Source of the DNA: Gemmata obscuriglobus
GTDB taxonomy: Bacteria; Planctomycetota; Planctomycetia; Gemmatales; Gemmataceae
DNA length: 32,000 nucleotides
Assembly: GCF_008065095.1 (NCBI RefSeq)
Contig: NZ_CP042911.1
Location: 8,700,001 to 8,732,000 of the forward strand
Direction of reading: 5' to 3'
Numbering within the stretch: position 1 is the first letter of the stretch; every line of letters begins with the position of its first letter. A model generated the notes under the pieces. It was not told the origin of the DNA, searched no databases, and saw only the letters and a list, made by a program, of their open reading frames with translations. The position numbers and the translations under genes are program-made. Below, piece by piece: positions 1-8,313 of the stretch.

Positions 1-230
1 TTGTACCCTTGCGCGGCGCGGGTCTTGAGGTACTTGCCGGCCTGCTCGCGGTCGAGCCGGTGGAACAGTTCCCAGGCCGTGTCAGCGAGGTAGAAGAACG
101 GCTTCCCTTCGGCGGTGACGAGAAACCGCTTGTTGTCGCTCACCTTGAGCTTCGGGAGCGAACGGGGTTCGTCGGCATGAACCGCGGTTGTAACCACAAG
201 CGCGAGAACACAGGCGGAGAGAGCACGCAT
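1..230 (-). CDS. Secreted glycoside-hydrolase-like protein, N-terminal fragment (DUF4038 / GH140-like). The gene continues past the left edge of the window.
   Basis: A minus-strand ATG at 230-228 opens a frame that stays open to position 1. It is absent from the ORF track because it has no stop inside the window. My translation is MRALSACVLALVVTTAVHADEPRSLPKLKVSDNKRFLVTAEGKPFFYLADTAWELFHRLDREQAGKYLKTRAAQGY. It has a signal-peptide-like hydrophobic N-terminus followed by the GKPFF.L.DTAWELFHRL block that I recall from DUF4038/GH140 proteins (recalled, not searched). Confidence 0.6.
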   Translation of the reverse strand, partial: MRALSACVLALVVTTAVHADEPRSLPKLKVSDNKRFLVTAEGKPFFYLADTAWELFHRLDREQAGKYLKTRAAQGY

Positions 231-1695
231 CGAACCGCCCCGGAGAGGAGTAACGGATGCCACGCCCGTGAGCGTGGCGCGGAAGGCGACCGCTACCTGA
301 GCGTCAGTCCCAGGTGTGGCGAGGCGCGCCGTCGGTAAATCAGGACTTACCATACCCGATTTTGGCTGTTTCGGACTTCCGGAAGTTTGAGCGGCCCGCG
401 CACGCACGTCGCACGGCGACCGACTTCACGCACCACAGCGACACAGCACACGCCGATAACCGCTCGTAAATAACGTCCTGGTAACGCCTTATCGATACGA
501 TATCCTGTTGCGACGGGACCGATTCTCGCGTCTGCCGGGCCGCGGGTCGGTCCACGCCGACACGATTTTGGTGGTAGCAACCGCCCAGCGAACAGGTAGT
601 TTGCCGGTAGTCGGACGGTAGCCAATGTCCAGTCGGCCCCCCATCGCCCGCAGCCATCCCGTTCTGTCGATGCGCCCGGCGGAATTACGGCCCGAACGTC
701 ACACCACCTTCCCGATCGGAGTGGAGCCGTCCGATGGCGGACCGGGTACGGAGGGCTGATCCCACTGTTGAAACTCCAGCCTCCCATCGGTGGGCGTCTA
801 CTGTTACAGATGGCAAGCCGGCCCCCACCAGCCGCCGGAACCCAAACACGCACCGCGTCACATCTCTCGGCCGCGCCGATCGGCCGGCACACACCACCCG
901 TCCATGCTGACGGTGCCGCTTCAGAAGCCGTAATCTCGGCTCGTCGCGGCACGGACCTGGGTGGCGATCGCTTTCACAACGCCGTCGGTGCCGACCTGTT
1001 GCGGAGCCGCGTTGGGCCGAAAGAGGTCGGGACGGAACCCCTGTCTCGGCGCGCAAGCTGTCATCTCGTCGCGGGGCGCGACACGCCTGGCGGAGGAAGG
1101 AGTGGATCGTGAGGCGATACGCCGGCACCGGTAACGGCTCGACGAGTTACTCGGCGCGTCGCAGGTGCATGGCGGCGAGGGCAGGAACCGGGATGACCGA
1201 GCCGGGCCGCGGCTCGCGTCACCTGAACCGGTGCTTTCACTCAAGCAAGCAAGATAGAGTGCGCCAGCACTAGACCGCCAGTTTGCCAGGTATTAACCAT
1301 GACCGAATTGGCACAATCGCAATTATTAAATCCCGCGCCTGTGTAAGTGCCTGGCGACTTGGGGTAACTACTAGGTTTACTTCACACCCATTTCCCATTT
1401 GATATCGCATGCCGCAGCATCTACACGCCTTCAAGCTCACGTAAAAGCGCAACGCCCCGTCAATTGCAATCAATATCACATTATTCTATTTCTTAAATTG
1501 ATATATTTTCCGAATTAGTCAAATTTATTCAGTCAACAACGATCAACCTATCTGAGACGGGCTTGTATACGCGCTATCGTACTTGTGCGTGTTAGCTCAG
1601 AATTCGGTTAGGCGGTCGGCCCTGCGCCGTGCCGGTCCCGGGCGCTCCACGCGGCCGCCGGGCGGCCCGCGACCGCACAGAAGGAGACACGACTC

Positions 1696-3711
1696 GTGAT
1701 TGATTCCATCCTTGCGGCGCTGTCGAAGTTGCGGCTGGGGCCGCGCCTGGTGGGCGGGTTCTTGATCATCGCCGGGGCGTGCGCGTTCCTCGCGTACCAG
1801 TCGATGGACGCGCTCAACGGGCTCCGCGAGTGCCAGGTCAACGCCAACACCAACCTGTTCCCCTCGGCCCTGGCCCTGGGCAAAATGGGCACCAACATCG
1901 TGGCGATCCAGCGCACCGAGCGCACCGCGGTCATCTTCGGCAAGCGCGGCGACGAGGCGACCCTGGGCACGGCCAAGGCGGCGTGCGAGCAGGGGCGGCG
2001 GGAGGCCGACGACGGGGCCAAGGCGTACGCGTCCATGCCGATGACGGACAAGGAGGCGGTCCTGTGGAAGGCCTTCGAGGCCAAGTTCGCCGAGTGGAAG
2101 CGGCTCAGCGACGAGATCTGGGCGCTGATCGACCGCCGCGAGTTCAATAAGGCCGAGGAGGCGCTGGACCGCGAGACCCCGGTCATGCGCGATATGAACG
2201 CCGCGCTGATGGCGGTGCTGGACGGGCAGCAGGCGATCAGCAAGGAGGAGAACGCCAAGGCCAACGAGGTGTTCGATCACGGCCGGCGGACCCTATGGAC
2301 GGTGAGCATCGGGGCGGTACTGGCCGCGGTCGGGCTCGGGCTGCTGCTGACCGCGTCGGTCGTGCGCCCGCTGACCGCGACCGTGTCCGTGCTCGAGGGC
2401 GTGACGAAGGGGGACCTGAGCCGCAAGGTGGAGGTGAAGTCGGAGGACGAGGTGGGGCAATTGGGGGCCGCGCTGAACGTGGCGATCGACGGCCTGGCCG
2501 CGGCCAAAGAGGCCGAGCGGGCCACCGTCGCGCGGGACAAGGAGCGGGCCGAGCGGGAGGCCGCCGCCGAGCGCGAGCGGATGGAGCGGGAGGCCGCCGC
2601 CGAGCGCGAGCGGCAGGACCGCGCCGCCGCCGCGGCCGCGGAACTGCGGCGCAAGGCCAGCACCATCCAGGGCACCATTCAGGCGCTAGCCGCCGGCGAC
2701 TTCACCGCCACCGTGCCGGACCTGGGCGACGACGACATGGGCCAGATGGGCCGCTCCCTGAACGAGGCGGTGCTCAGCGTGCGGACGGCCCTGGAGGGGG
2801 TACGAGAGGTGTCCGAACAACTGGCCGACGCGAGCGGCCAACTGTCCAGCGCCAGCGAGGAGATCTCGTCCGGCGCCCAGGAGCAGGCCAGCAGTTTGGA
2901 AGAGACGGCCAGCGCCCTTCAGGAGATCACGGCCACGGTCAAGCAGAGCGCGGACAACGCCCAGCAGGCCCGGCAACTGGCCGGGGGCTCGCGCGAGGTG
3001 GCCGAGAAGGGCGGTCAGGTGGTGAGCGGCGCGGTTGGCGCCATGGGCGAGATCAACGAGTCGAGCAAGAAGATCGCGGAGATCATCACGACCATCGACG
3101 AGATCGCGTTCCAGACCAACCTGCTGGCCCTGAACGCGGCGGTGGAGGCGGCCCGGGCGGGCGAACAGGGGCGCGGGTTCGCGGTGGTCGCCACCGAGGT
3201 CCGCAACCTGGCCCAGCGAAGTGCCACCGCGGCCAAGGAGATCAAGGCCCTGATCCAGGACAGCGTGAAGAAGGTGGATGCGGGCACCGAGCTGGTGAAC
3301 AAGTCCGGGACGACCCTGGCCGAGATCGTCACCAGCGTGAAGCGGGTGACCGACATCGTCACCGAGATGGCCGCCGCCAGCAAGGAGCAGTCCGCCGGCA
3401 TCGAGCAGGTGAACACGGCGGTCAGCCAGATGGACACCGTGACCCAGCGGAACGCCTCCCAGACTGAAGAAATGAGCGCCACCGCACAGACCCTGACCGA
3501 GCAGGCGGCCCAGCTCCGCGACCTCGTCGCACGGTTTAAACTCGGGCACGCCCGGCCCGCACTGATGACCCGGCAGGCGAAGGCACCGGCGGCCCCGCGG
3601 CCCCGCCCCGCGGTCACCAAAGCCCTCGCGCAGCGCAAACACAACGGCAACGGTCACGCCGGCAGTCACGAGCTGGAAGCGCTCGGCGGTGAAGGGTTCA
3701 GCGAGTTCTAA
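1696..3711 (+). CDS. Methyl-accepting chemotaxis protein. Layout: two TM segments around a helical (4HB-like) sensor, HAMP, Ala/Glu/Arg coiled-coil linker, second HAMP-like segment, MCP signalling domain.
   Basis: 671-aa ORF with a GTG start at 1696, preceded by AAGGAG at 1681-1686. TM1 is [17 protein letters not shown] and TM2 is [24 protein letters not shown]. The HAMP-like segment is [38 protein letters not shown]. The canonical MCP hairpin-tip motif [31 protein letters not shown] is present. The C-terminus ends in GFSEF. Confidence 0.92.
   Translation: MIDSILAALSKLRLGPRLVGGFLIIAGACAFLAYQSMDALNGLRECQVNANTNLFPSALALGKMGTNIVAIQRTERTAVIFGKRGDEATLGTAKAACEQGRREADDGAKAYASMPMTDKEAVLWKAFEAKFAEWKRLSDEIWALIDRREFNKAEEALDRETPVMRDMNAALMAVLDGQQAISKEENAKANEVFDHGRRTLWTVSIGAVLAAVGLGLLLTASVVRPLTATVSVLEGVTKGDLSRKVEVKSEDEVGQLGAALNVAIDGLAAAKEAERATVARDKERAEREAAAERERMEREAAAERERQDRAAAAAAELRRKASTIQGTIQALAAGDFTATVPDLGDDDMGQMGRSLNEAVLSVRTALEGVREVSEQLADASGQLSSASEEISSGAQEQASSLEETASALQEITATVKQSADNAQQARQLAGGSREVAEKGGQVVSGAVGAMGEINESSKKIAEIITTIDEIAFQTNLLALNAAVEAARAGEQGRGFAVVATEVRNLAQRSATAAKEIKALIQDSVKKVDAGTELVNKSGTTLAEIVTSVKRVTDIVTEMAAASKEQSAGIEQVNTAVSQMDTVTQRNASQTEEMSATAQTLTEQAAQLRDLVARFKLGHARPALMTRQAKAPAAPRPRPAVTKALAQRKHNGNGHAGSHELEALGGEGFSEF
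2551..2613 (+). repeat. In-frame tandem duplication inside MCP1: a 30-nt unit occurs twice, separated by ATG.
   Basis: gagcgggaggccgccgccgagcgcgagcgg occurs at 2551-2580 and again at 2584-2613 with no mismatch. It encodes [21 protein letters not shown] in the linker between the two HAMP-like segments. Confidence 0.9.
2995..3415. repeat. Arm 1 of a large inverted repeat (near-identical core of the MCP signalling domain); partner is 4767-5187.
   Basis: Position x in this arm pairs with position 8182-x in the partner. In 3181-3372 I count only 4 substitutions against the reverse complement of the partner, so synonymous sites are conserved. Over the 140 encoded residues there are 5 amino-acid differences. 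Weaker similarity extends to about 2690-3545. Confidence 0.9.
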
Positions 3712-3729
3712 TACATGTGCCTGCAACGG

Positions 3730-3820
3730 GTGTCGCTTGTGTTGACGAGCCGCGACCGCCGGGGAGCGGGGTACGTGGCACCGCTCCCCGGCGGTCGCGG
3801 CTCGTCAACACAAGCGACAC
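3730..3820. repeat. Perfect 40-bp palindrome (stem 3730-3769 / 3781-3820, 11-nt loop), 19 nt after the MCP1 stop codon. REP/MITE-like element and probable terminator.
   Basis: The left arm is gtgtcgcttgtgttgacgagccgcgaccgccggggagcgg. The right arm ccgctccccggcggtcgcggctcgtcaacacaagcgacac is its exact reverse complement (checked base by base). There is no U-tract after the stem. Confidence 0.9.
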
Positions 3821-4024
3821 TACCCCGGGCACTTGGACAAGGAGCGAGCCGTGGCTGCGCGGCTCGTTCCCAAACGTTACACACATCCCCGGCCGCTTGC
3901 CGAGCGGCGCTGGTGGTGCATGGGAACGCAACGGCCGACGGGGCCTGGAGCGCTTCCGATTCCTGCTTCGGCAGCGCCCGCCGCGATTAATCGACTACGC
4001 ACCGGTAACAGGAGTGAACCAGTT

Positions 4025-4396
4025 ATGCCCGGACCAGTGACCCAGTTGTTCGTGCTCCGCGGTCAGGTGGACGAACCCGAGTTGCTCCAAGTCGTGCGCG
4101 ACGCGTGTGCCGCGCTTCAGGCTAACCATTCCTGTAAGCTCACGCTGGACTGTGCCGGAGTCACGTCGTTCACCGGCAAGGCGCTGCTGCTGCTCGGGTG
4201 GTTTTGTAACCAGACCCGTTCCGCGGGCCTGTCCCTGCGGCTGCTCGACCTTTCCGAGGACATAATCCGAACCGTTCCGGACCGGTTGGTCGAAGCGATG
4301 ATCCCGGCCGATTTACGGCCCCAGGTCATGGAAGCCATGACCCTTGGAGCGGTCAGGAAGGGCTCGCACCGGGCCTGTTCGTTCTCCAACAACTGA
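4025..4396 (+). CDS. Small STAS-domain protein (anti-sigma-factor-antagonist / SpoIIAA-like fold), 123 aa.
   Basis: The ATG at 4025 is preceded by AGGAG at 4010-4014. The ORF-track start at 3833 would run into the palindrome and lacks a Shine-Dalgarno (SD) sequence. The segment KLTLDCAGVTSFTGKALLLLGWFCNQTRSAGLSLRLLDLSEDIIRTV resembles the STAS core (D.SGV.F.DS.GL ... L.L.....V). This is a recalled pattern and the match is divergent. Confidence 0.55.
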   Translation: MPGPVTQLFVLRGQVDEPELLQVVRDACAALQANHSCKLTLDCAGVTSFTGKALLLLGWFCNQTRSAGLSLRLLDLSEDIIRTVPDRLVEAMIPADLRPQVMEAMTLGAVRKGSHRACSFSNN

Positions 4397-4406
4397 ACGC
4401 CGTGGC

Positions 4407-4447
4407 GGTGCCACGTACCCCGCTCCCTGGCGGTCGCGGCTCGTCAA
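4407..4447. repeat. Third copy of the palindrome arm, 11 nt after the STAS stop and 30 nt before the MCP2 stop.
   Basis: ggtgccacgtaccccgctccctggcggtcgcggctcgtcaa equals the reverse complement of 3742-3782 (left arm plus loop) with one C-to-T change at 4428. A local 6-bp palindrome, cgtggc-ggt-gccacg, lies at 4401-4415. Confidence 0.85.
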
Positions 4448-4476
4448 GGACGCAGCAATATTACCGGATACGTGTA

Positions 4477-7137
4477 TCAAAAGTCGGTGAACCCTCCGCC
4501 AGCGCCAGAAGCATCGAGTTGGTGGGCCGGCCGGCGCCCGCCCCCGTTCCCGTTCCCCGCCGACCGGAACTGGTGGGCTGCTTTCTTGGCAGACTTGGGT
4601 GCGGGCGGCACCGCTGCGCGTGCCGGCCCGGAATCGTTGAGTTTGAAGCGGGCCGCCAGATCACGGAGCTGGGTTGCCTGCTCGGTGAGGGCCTGGGCGG
4701 TGGCAGACAGTTCCTCGGTCTGCGCGGCCTTGCGCTGGGTGGAGGTGTCCATCTGCAACACCGCGTTGTTCACCTGCTCGATGCCGGCGGACTGCTCCTT
4801 GCTGGCGGCGGCGATCTCGGTGACGATGTCGGTCACCCGCTTCACGCTGGTGACGATCTCGGCCAGGGCCGTCCCGGACTTGTTCACCAGCTCGGTGCCC
4901 GCATCCACCTTCTTCACGCTGTCCTGGATCAGGGCCTTGATCTCCTTGGCCGCGGTGGCACTTCGCTGGGCCAGGTTGCGGACCTCGGCCGCGACCACCG
5001 CGAACCCGCGCCCCTGCTCCCCGGCCCGGGCCGCCTCGACCGCCGCGTTCAGCGCCAGCAGGTTGGTCTGGAACGCGATCTCGTCGATGGTCGTGATGAT
5101 CTCCGCGATCTTCTTGCTCGACGCGTTGATCTCGCCCATGGCATCCACCGCGCCGCTCACCACCTGACCGCCCTTCTCGGCCACCTCCTTGGACCCGCTG
5201 GCGAGTTGCCGGGCCTGCTGCACGTTCTCCGCGCTCCGCCGGATGGTGGTCGTAATTTCTTGTAGCGTGCCGGCCGTTTCTTCGAGACTGCTGGCCTGCT
5301 CCTGCGCGCCCGACGAGATCTCGGTGCTGGCGCTGGACAACTGTACGGACGCGTCGGCGAGTTGCGCGGACACCTCCTGCACCCCCTCCAGCGCGGCCCG
5401 CACGCTGGCCACGGCTTCGTTCAGGGACCGCGCCATCTGGCCCACGGCGTCGGTGCCCAGGTCCGGAATCGCCACGGTAAAATCACCGCCCGCCAGAGCG
5501 TGCGCGGCGGCCACGATCATATCCACCTTGTTCTGGAGCGCGACGGCGTCGGCCTTGGCGCGCTCCTCGATCAGCTTCTGGGCGGTGATGTCGGTCGCGA
5601 ACTTCACCACCTTATACGGGGTGTTGGTACCGGGGGTAAGGATCGGGTTGTACGACGCCCGGAGCCACACCTCCGTGCCGTCCTTGCGGAGCCGCTTGAA
5701 GTCGCTGGAGACGAACTCGCCGCGGTTCAGCTTGGCCCAAAACGCCCGGTATTCGGGACCCGCCGCCTGGTCGTGGTCGACGAACATCCGGTGGTGCCGC
5801 CCGCGGATCTCGTCCAACCGGTACCCCATCGTGGCCAAGAAGTTCTCGTTGGCCGTCACGATCGTCCCGTCGAGTTTCAACTCGATCACCGCCTGGACCC
5901 TGCTCACCGAGACCAGTTGGCTGATGAGGTCCGCGTTCTGCTCCTGCTGCTGGCCCAGCGCCTCCCAGTCCACGTGGTCCTGCTTGATGGCGGTGCGGAT
6001 GCCGGTTACGGTGGTGTTGAACGCCGCCGCCATCTGCCCGACCTCGTCGCCCCCGGTCACTTCGGCCCGCGGGGTCAGGTCGCCCTTCGCCACCTCGCTG
6101 AACGCGGTCATGAGCCTCCGGAGCGGCCGCGCGATGGAGCCCCCCAGCCAGAGGGCGGCCCCGAAAAGGAGCCCGCCGCCGAGGGCCGCGACGAGCAGCA
6201 TTTGCCGCCGGGTGGCGATGGACGCGGCCAGCAACTCGTCCTGGTCCTGTCGGACCAGGACCCCCCAGCCGAACCCTTTGTAGTTGCCGAACCCCTTCGA
6301 CGCGGCGTACGCGTTGACCTGGATCACCTTCCGCCGCTTGTGCCGCTCCACAACGAACCCGCTCTTGCCCTCGGCGACGCGCGCCGCGGCGATCAGCCCG
6401 GCGTCGCGCAGGTTGAACGAGAGAACCGCCTTGGGGTCGTAATCGCTCAGCAACACCCCGGAGCGGGAGAGCAGTTGACCCTCCGTGCCCTCGTCGGCGA
6501 TCGTCTTGAAGATCGGTTCCACGGTGCGCGCCCAGGAGACGCGGTTGGACCACACGCGCACCACCTTCCCCTTCTCGTCCCGCACGGGTGCGGCGAAGTT
6601 GAGCGCCAGGCCGCGTGAGCGGTACACTTCGGCCACCCACTTGTCCTCGTACAGGTCCCGCGCGAAGCACTCGCCCTGGGGCACCCGCTCCTGGACGCAC
6701 GCCTGAAACCAGTCCTCGTCCCTCACGCTGCGGCCGAGCAGGGCGGCCGTTTCGACCGGCTGGCCCTGGCCGTCGACTGTGTTAACGGCGATCACATTGC
6801 CGTCGCGGTCGGCCACCACCATCAGGTCGTACGATTTGAACGCGCGCATGTAGTAATCGGCGGCGGCGGTCGTCTGCTGGGGGGTGCCGCGTGCCATCGG
6901 GCTGAAGGCAAACGATTGCACGTCCGTGCACCGTTCCGCGCAGTCGCGCTCGAGCATCTCCATCGTGATCGTCGCCCGCAGCCCCAACAACCTCCCGCAC
7001 CGGGCCTGTTGCTCCTCGCGGGCGCTCGCGTCCGCGACGTAAATCACCGCCGCCATCGGGAGCAGGCCGAGCGTCACGAAGGCGGCCGACAGTTTCCACT
7101 TCAGGCTCACGTTTCGGAACCGGTGCGCGAGCGTCAT
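4477..7137 (-). CDS. Methyl-accepting chemotaxis protein with a large periplasmic Cache-like sensor, HAMP, cytoplasmic PAS domain, second HAMP-like segment and MCP signalling domain.
   Basis: 886-aa ORF. TM1 is [20 protein letters not shown], followed by about 290 extracytoplasmic residues and TM2 [23 protein letters not shown]. The HAMP segment is [24 protein letters not shown]. The PAS-like block is [31 protein letters not shown]...[18 protein letters not shown]. The MCP tip motif [31 protein letters not shown] is present. The C-terminus ends in GFTDF. Confidence 0.92.
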   Translation of the reverse strand: MTLAHRFRNVSLKWKLSAAFVTLGLLPMAAVIYVADASAREEQQARCGRLLGLRATITMEMLERDCAERCTDVQSFAFSPMARGTPQQTTAAADYYMRAFKSYDLMVVADRDGNVIAVNTVDGQGQPVETAALLGRSVRDEDWFQACVQERVPQGECFARDLYEDKWVAEVYRSRGLALNFAAPVRDEKGKVVRVWSNRVSWARTVEPIFKTIADEGTEGQLLSRSGVLLSDYDPKAVLSFNLRDAGLIAAARVAEGKSGFVVERHKRRKVIQVNAYAASKGFGNYKGFGWGVLVRQDQDELLAASIATRRQMLLVAALGGGLLFGAALWLGGSIARPLRRLMTAFSEVAKGDLTPRAEVTGGDEVGQMAAAFNTTVTGIRTAIKQDHVDWEALGQQQEQNADLISQLVSVSRVQAVIELKLDGTIVTANENFLATMGYRLDEIRGRHHRMFVDHDQAAGPEYRAFWAKLNRGEFVSSDFKRLRKDGTEVWLRASYNPILTPGTNTPYKVVKFATDITAQKLIEERAKADAVALQNKVDMIVAAAHALAGGDFTVAIPDLGTDAVGQMARSLNEAVASVRAALEGVQEVSAQLADASVQLSSASTEISSGAQEQASSLEETAGTLQEITTTIRRSAENVQQARQLASGSKEVAEKGGQVVSGAVDAMGEINASSKKIAEIITTIDEIAFQTNLLALNAAVEAARAGEQGRGFAVVAAEVRNLAQRSATAAKEIKALIQDSVKKVDAGTELVNKSGTALAEIVTSVKRVTDIVTEIAAASKEQSAGIEQVNNAVLQMDTSTQRKAAQTEELSATAQALTEQATQLRDLAARFKLNDSGPARAAVPPAPKSAKKAAHQFRSAGNGNGGGRRPAHQLDASGAGGGFTDF
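4767..5187. repeat. Arm 2 of the large inverted repeat (partner 2995-3415).
   Basis: It is the reverse complement of arm 1 with only scattered substitutions. The same identity shows up in the ORF track as mirrored spurious ORFs (2686..3726 minus and 4402..5265 plus) that share long identical peptide strings. Confidence 0.9.
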
Positions 7138-7722
7138 ATTGGTGGCTCAAATTCAAGTAGCAGGAGTCGAGACGAGCCGCTTGGTTCCCGCTCCGAGCGG
7201 CCCGGCCGAGTCGTCAGTTTTCCAATCCACTATTCGGGATCACCACTAAACGAATAAACTCACGTCCCGTCGACCGATCCGTGCGGGTGGCCGGCGAACC
7301 GCCCGGCGTCCCCCCGCACAAAAGCCCCTGCGCTTTGACAGATCAAAACGCGTTCGGAACGTCAGGTGGCGTCGGGGTGGGGCTGCAATGGGCCCTGTTC
7401 GCCCCTGCTTGCGAATGGGGCGCAACCATGAAGGCCGGAAAAACCGGCGGAACTCACGTGGAGACAAGTGCCACCGCCGACGCACCAGTGAGCGGCAATG
7501 GCACACCTTCCGAATCCATAGGTCACACTGCGCGAACATTCAATTAATACACATCGCGTCAGTAAAACCCTGACAGCTGCGGCACCGTCGCTGGCTCGAT
7601 CCGATAGAATATCGCACGCATTTAAAATTGATTATCCATCGGCCGCGCATTTACCAATCACCTGAGCCACCAACCTCCGCATGGAAAGGCGTTGCCACGG
7701 CACCACTGTTACCAAGTCCAGT

Positions 7723-7818
7723 AGTTCCAGGTTCCAAGTGGAGTCATGAGCGACACGAATCGCCGCCGCTTTTGACCAACTGGGTTCCGACTTGGAACTT
7801 GGAACCTGGAACTTGAAA
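7723..7818. repeat. Head-to-head heptamer array. A 17-bp perfect inverted repeat (7723-7739 / 7797-7813) is embedded in four tandem CTTGGAA-like units (7791-7818).
   Basis: agttccaggttccaagt at 7723-7739 is the exact reverse complement of acttggaacctggaact at 7797-7813. The right side reads cttggaa cttggaa cctggaa cttgaaa. It lies in the AT-rich part of the long rho upstream region. Confidence 0.75.
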
Positions 7819-8313
7819 CGACTGAAATTGGCATGATTACCGACTCCCAGGCCAGGAACGCCAGGGGGTGGCCCGAAAAGGTTGCCCCGATGTGGCCGTG
7901 GGGTACATGAGATTGGGGTGCCGAACTACTTGCTGCAAGCGTTACGGGACCACTCGCCGCGGGCCGGCGATGAGGTCGCGGCGCCGTGCAACACTCCCGG
8001 CCCCAAGTTGAGCCGGCGCACGGCATCTCCGTGCCGTCCCGCATACGTCCCGCTGAGCGGCCGGCAAAGGCATCAAACAGGCCAGCCCCGGCACCACCGG
8101 GTGTACCGGACCTCCCCTTCCGAAACCGCCGGGCGAAACTCGCGGCAACTTCTCTCTCGCGTAACCCGCCGGGAGTGGATAGAATCCTACTCGACTTGCC
8201 AGCGATGACGCTCAAAACCCGTCCCGCGTCAGGCGACCGCCGTTCCCCTGTTCTTGCTCCGCCGCGACCGCCGCTCGGTCGCCGCGACTACTGGTACGAG
8301 AGTAGAGTCCCAG

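Noticed and set aside
9-338. 109-aa plus-strand ORF at the left edge.
   Set aside because: It is antisense to the minus-strand frame, which has a signal peptide and the DUF4038/GH140-like DTAWELFHRL block. Its own translation is not protein-like.
340-1244. Overlapping ORFs 340..657, 347..952, 685..1128 and 921..1244 (all minus) and 768..1112 (plus).
   Set aside because: They are mutually overlapping and Arg/Pro-rich, with no motif, SD sequence or signal features. I kept the region as an ORF-poor finding rather than calling any CDS or pseudogene.
1270-1479. 69-aa ORF inside the AT-rich tract.
   Set aside because: It is short, has no SD sequence and has an odd Cys-rich composition. AT-rich DNA in a GC-rich genome often yields such ORFs by chance.
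7632-7640. DnaA-box-like ttatccatc (plus agtggatag near 8173 and agtggatta near 17233) as a possible origin.
   Set aside because: These are isolated, imperfect, widely separated matches, and one lies inside a coding region. There is no cluster next to an unwinding element, so I make no oriC call.
7746-7775. Mini-ORF MSDTNRRRF in the spacer of the 17-bp inverted repeat, with GGAG just upstream (a possible leader peptide).
   Set aside because: The GGAG is only 2 nt from the ATG. Nine codons are easily found by chance, and I have no supporting conservation or attenuation logic.
7791-7818. Short tandem arrays (CTTGGAA x4, ACAGGAT x3+3, GGATCC x4) considered as CRISPR-like or satellite arrays.
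   Set aside because: The units are 6-9 nt with no unique spacers, far too short for CRISPR repeats. I reported them as simple or inverted repeat arrays instead.
7829-7842. TGGCAT followed by 5 nt, resembling the -24 element of a sigma-54 promoter.
   Set aside because: The -12 element is ccga instead of the TTGC-type consensus, so this is a half match only.
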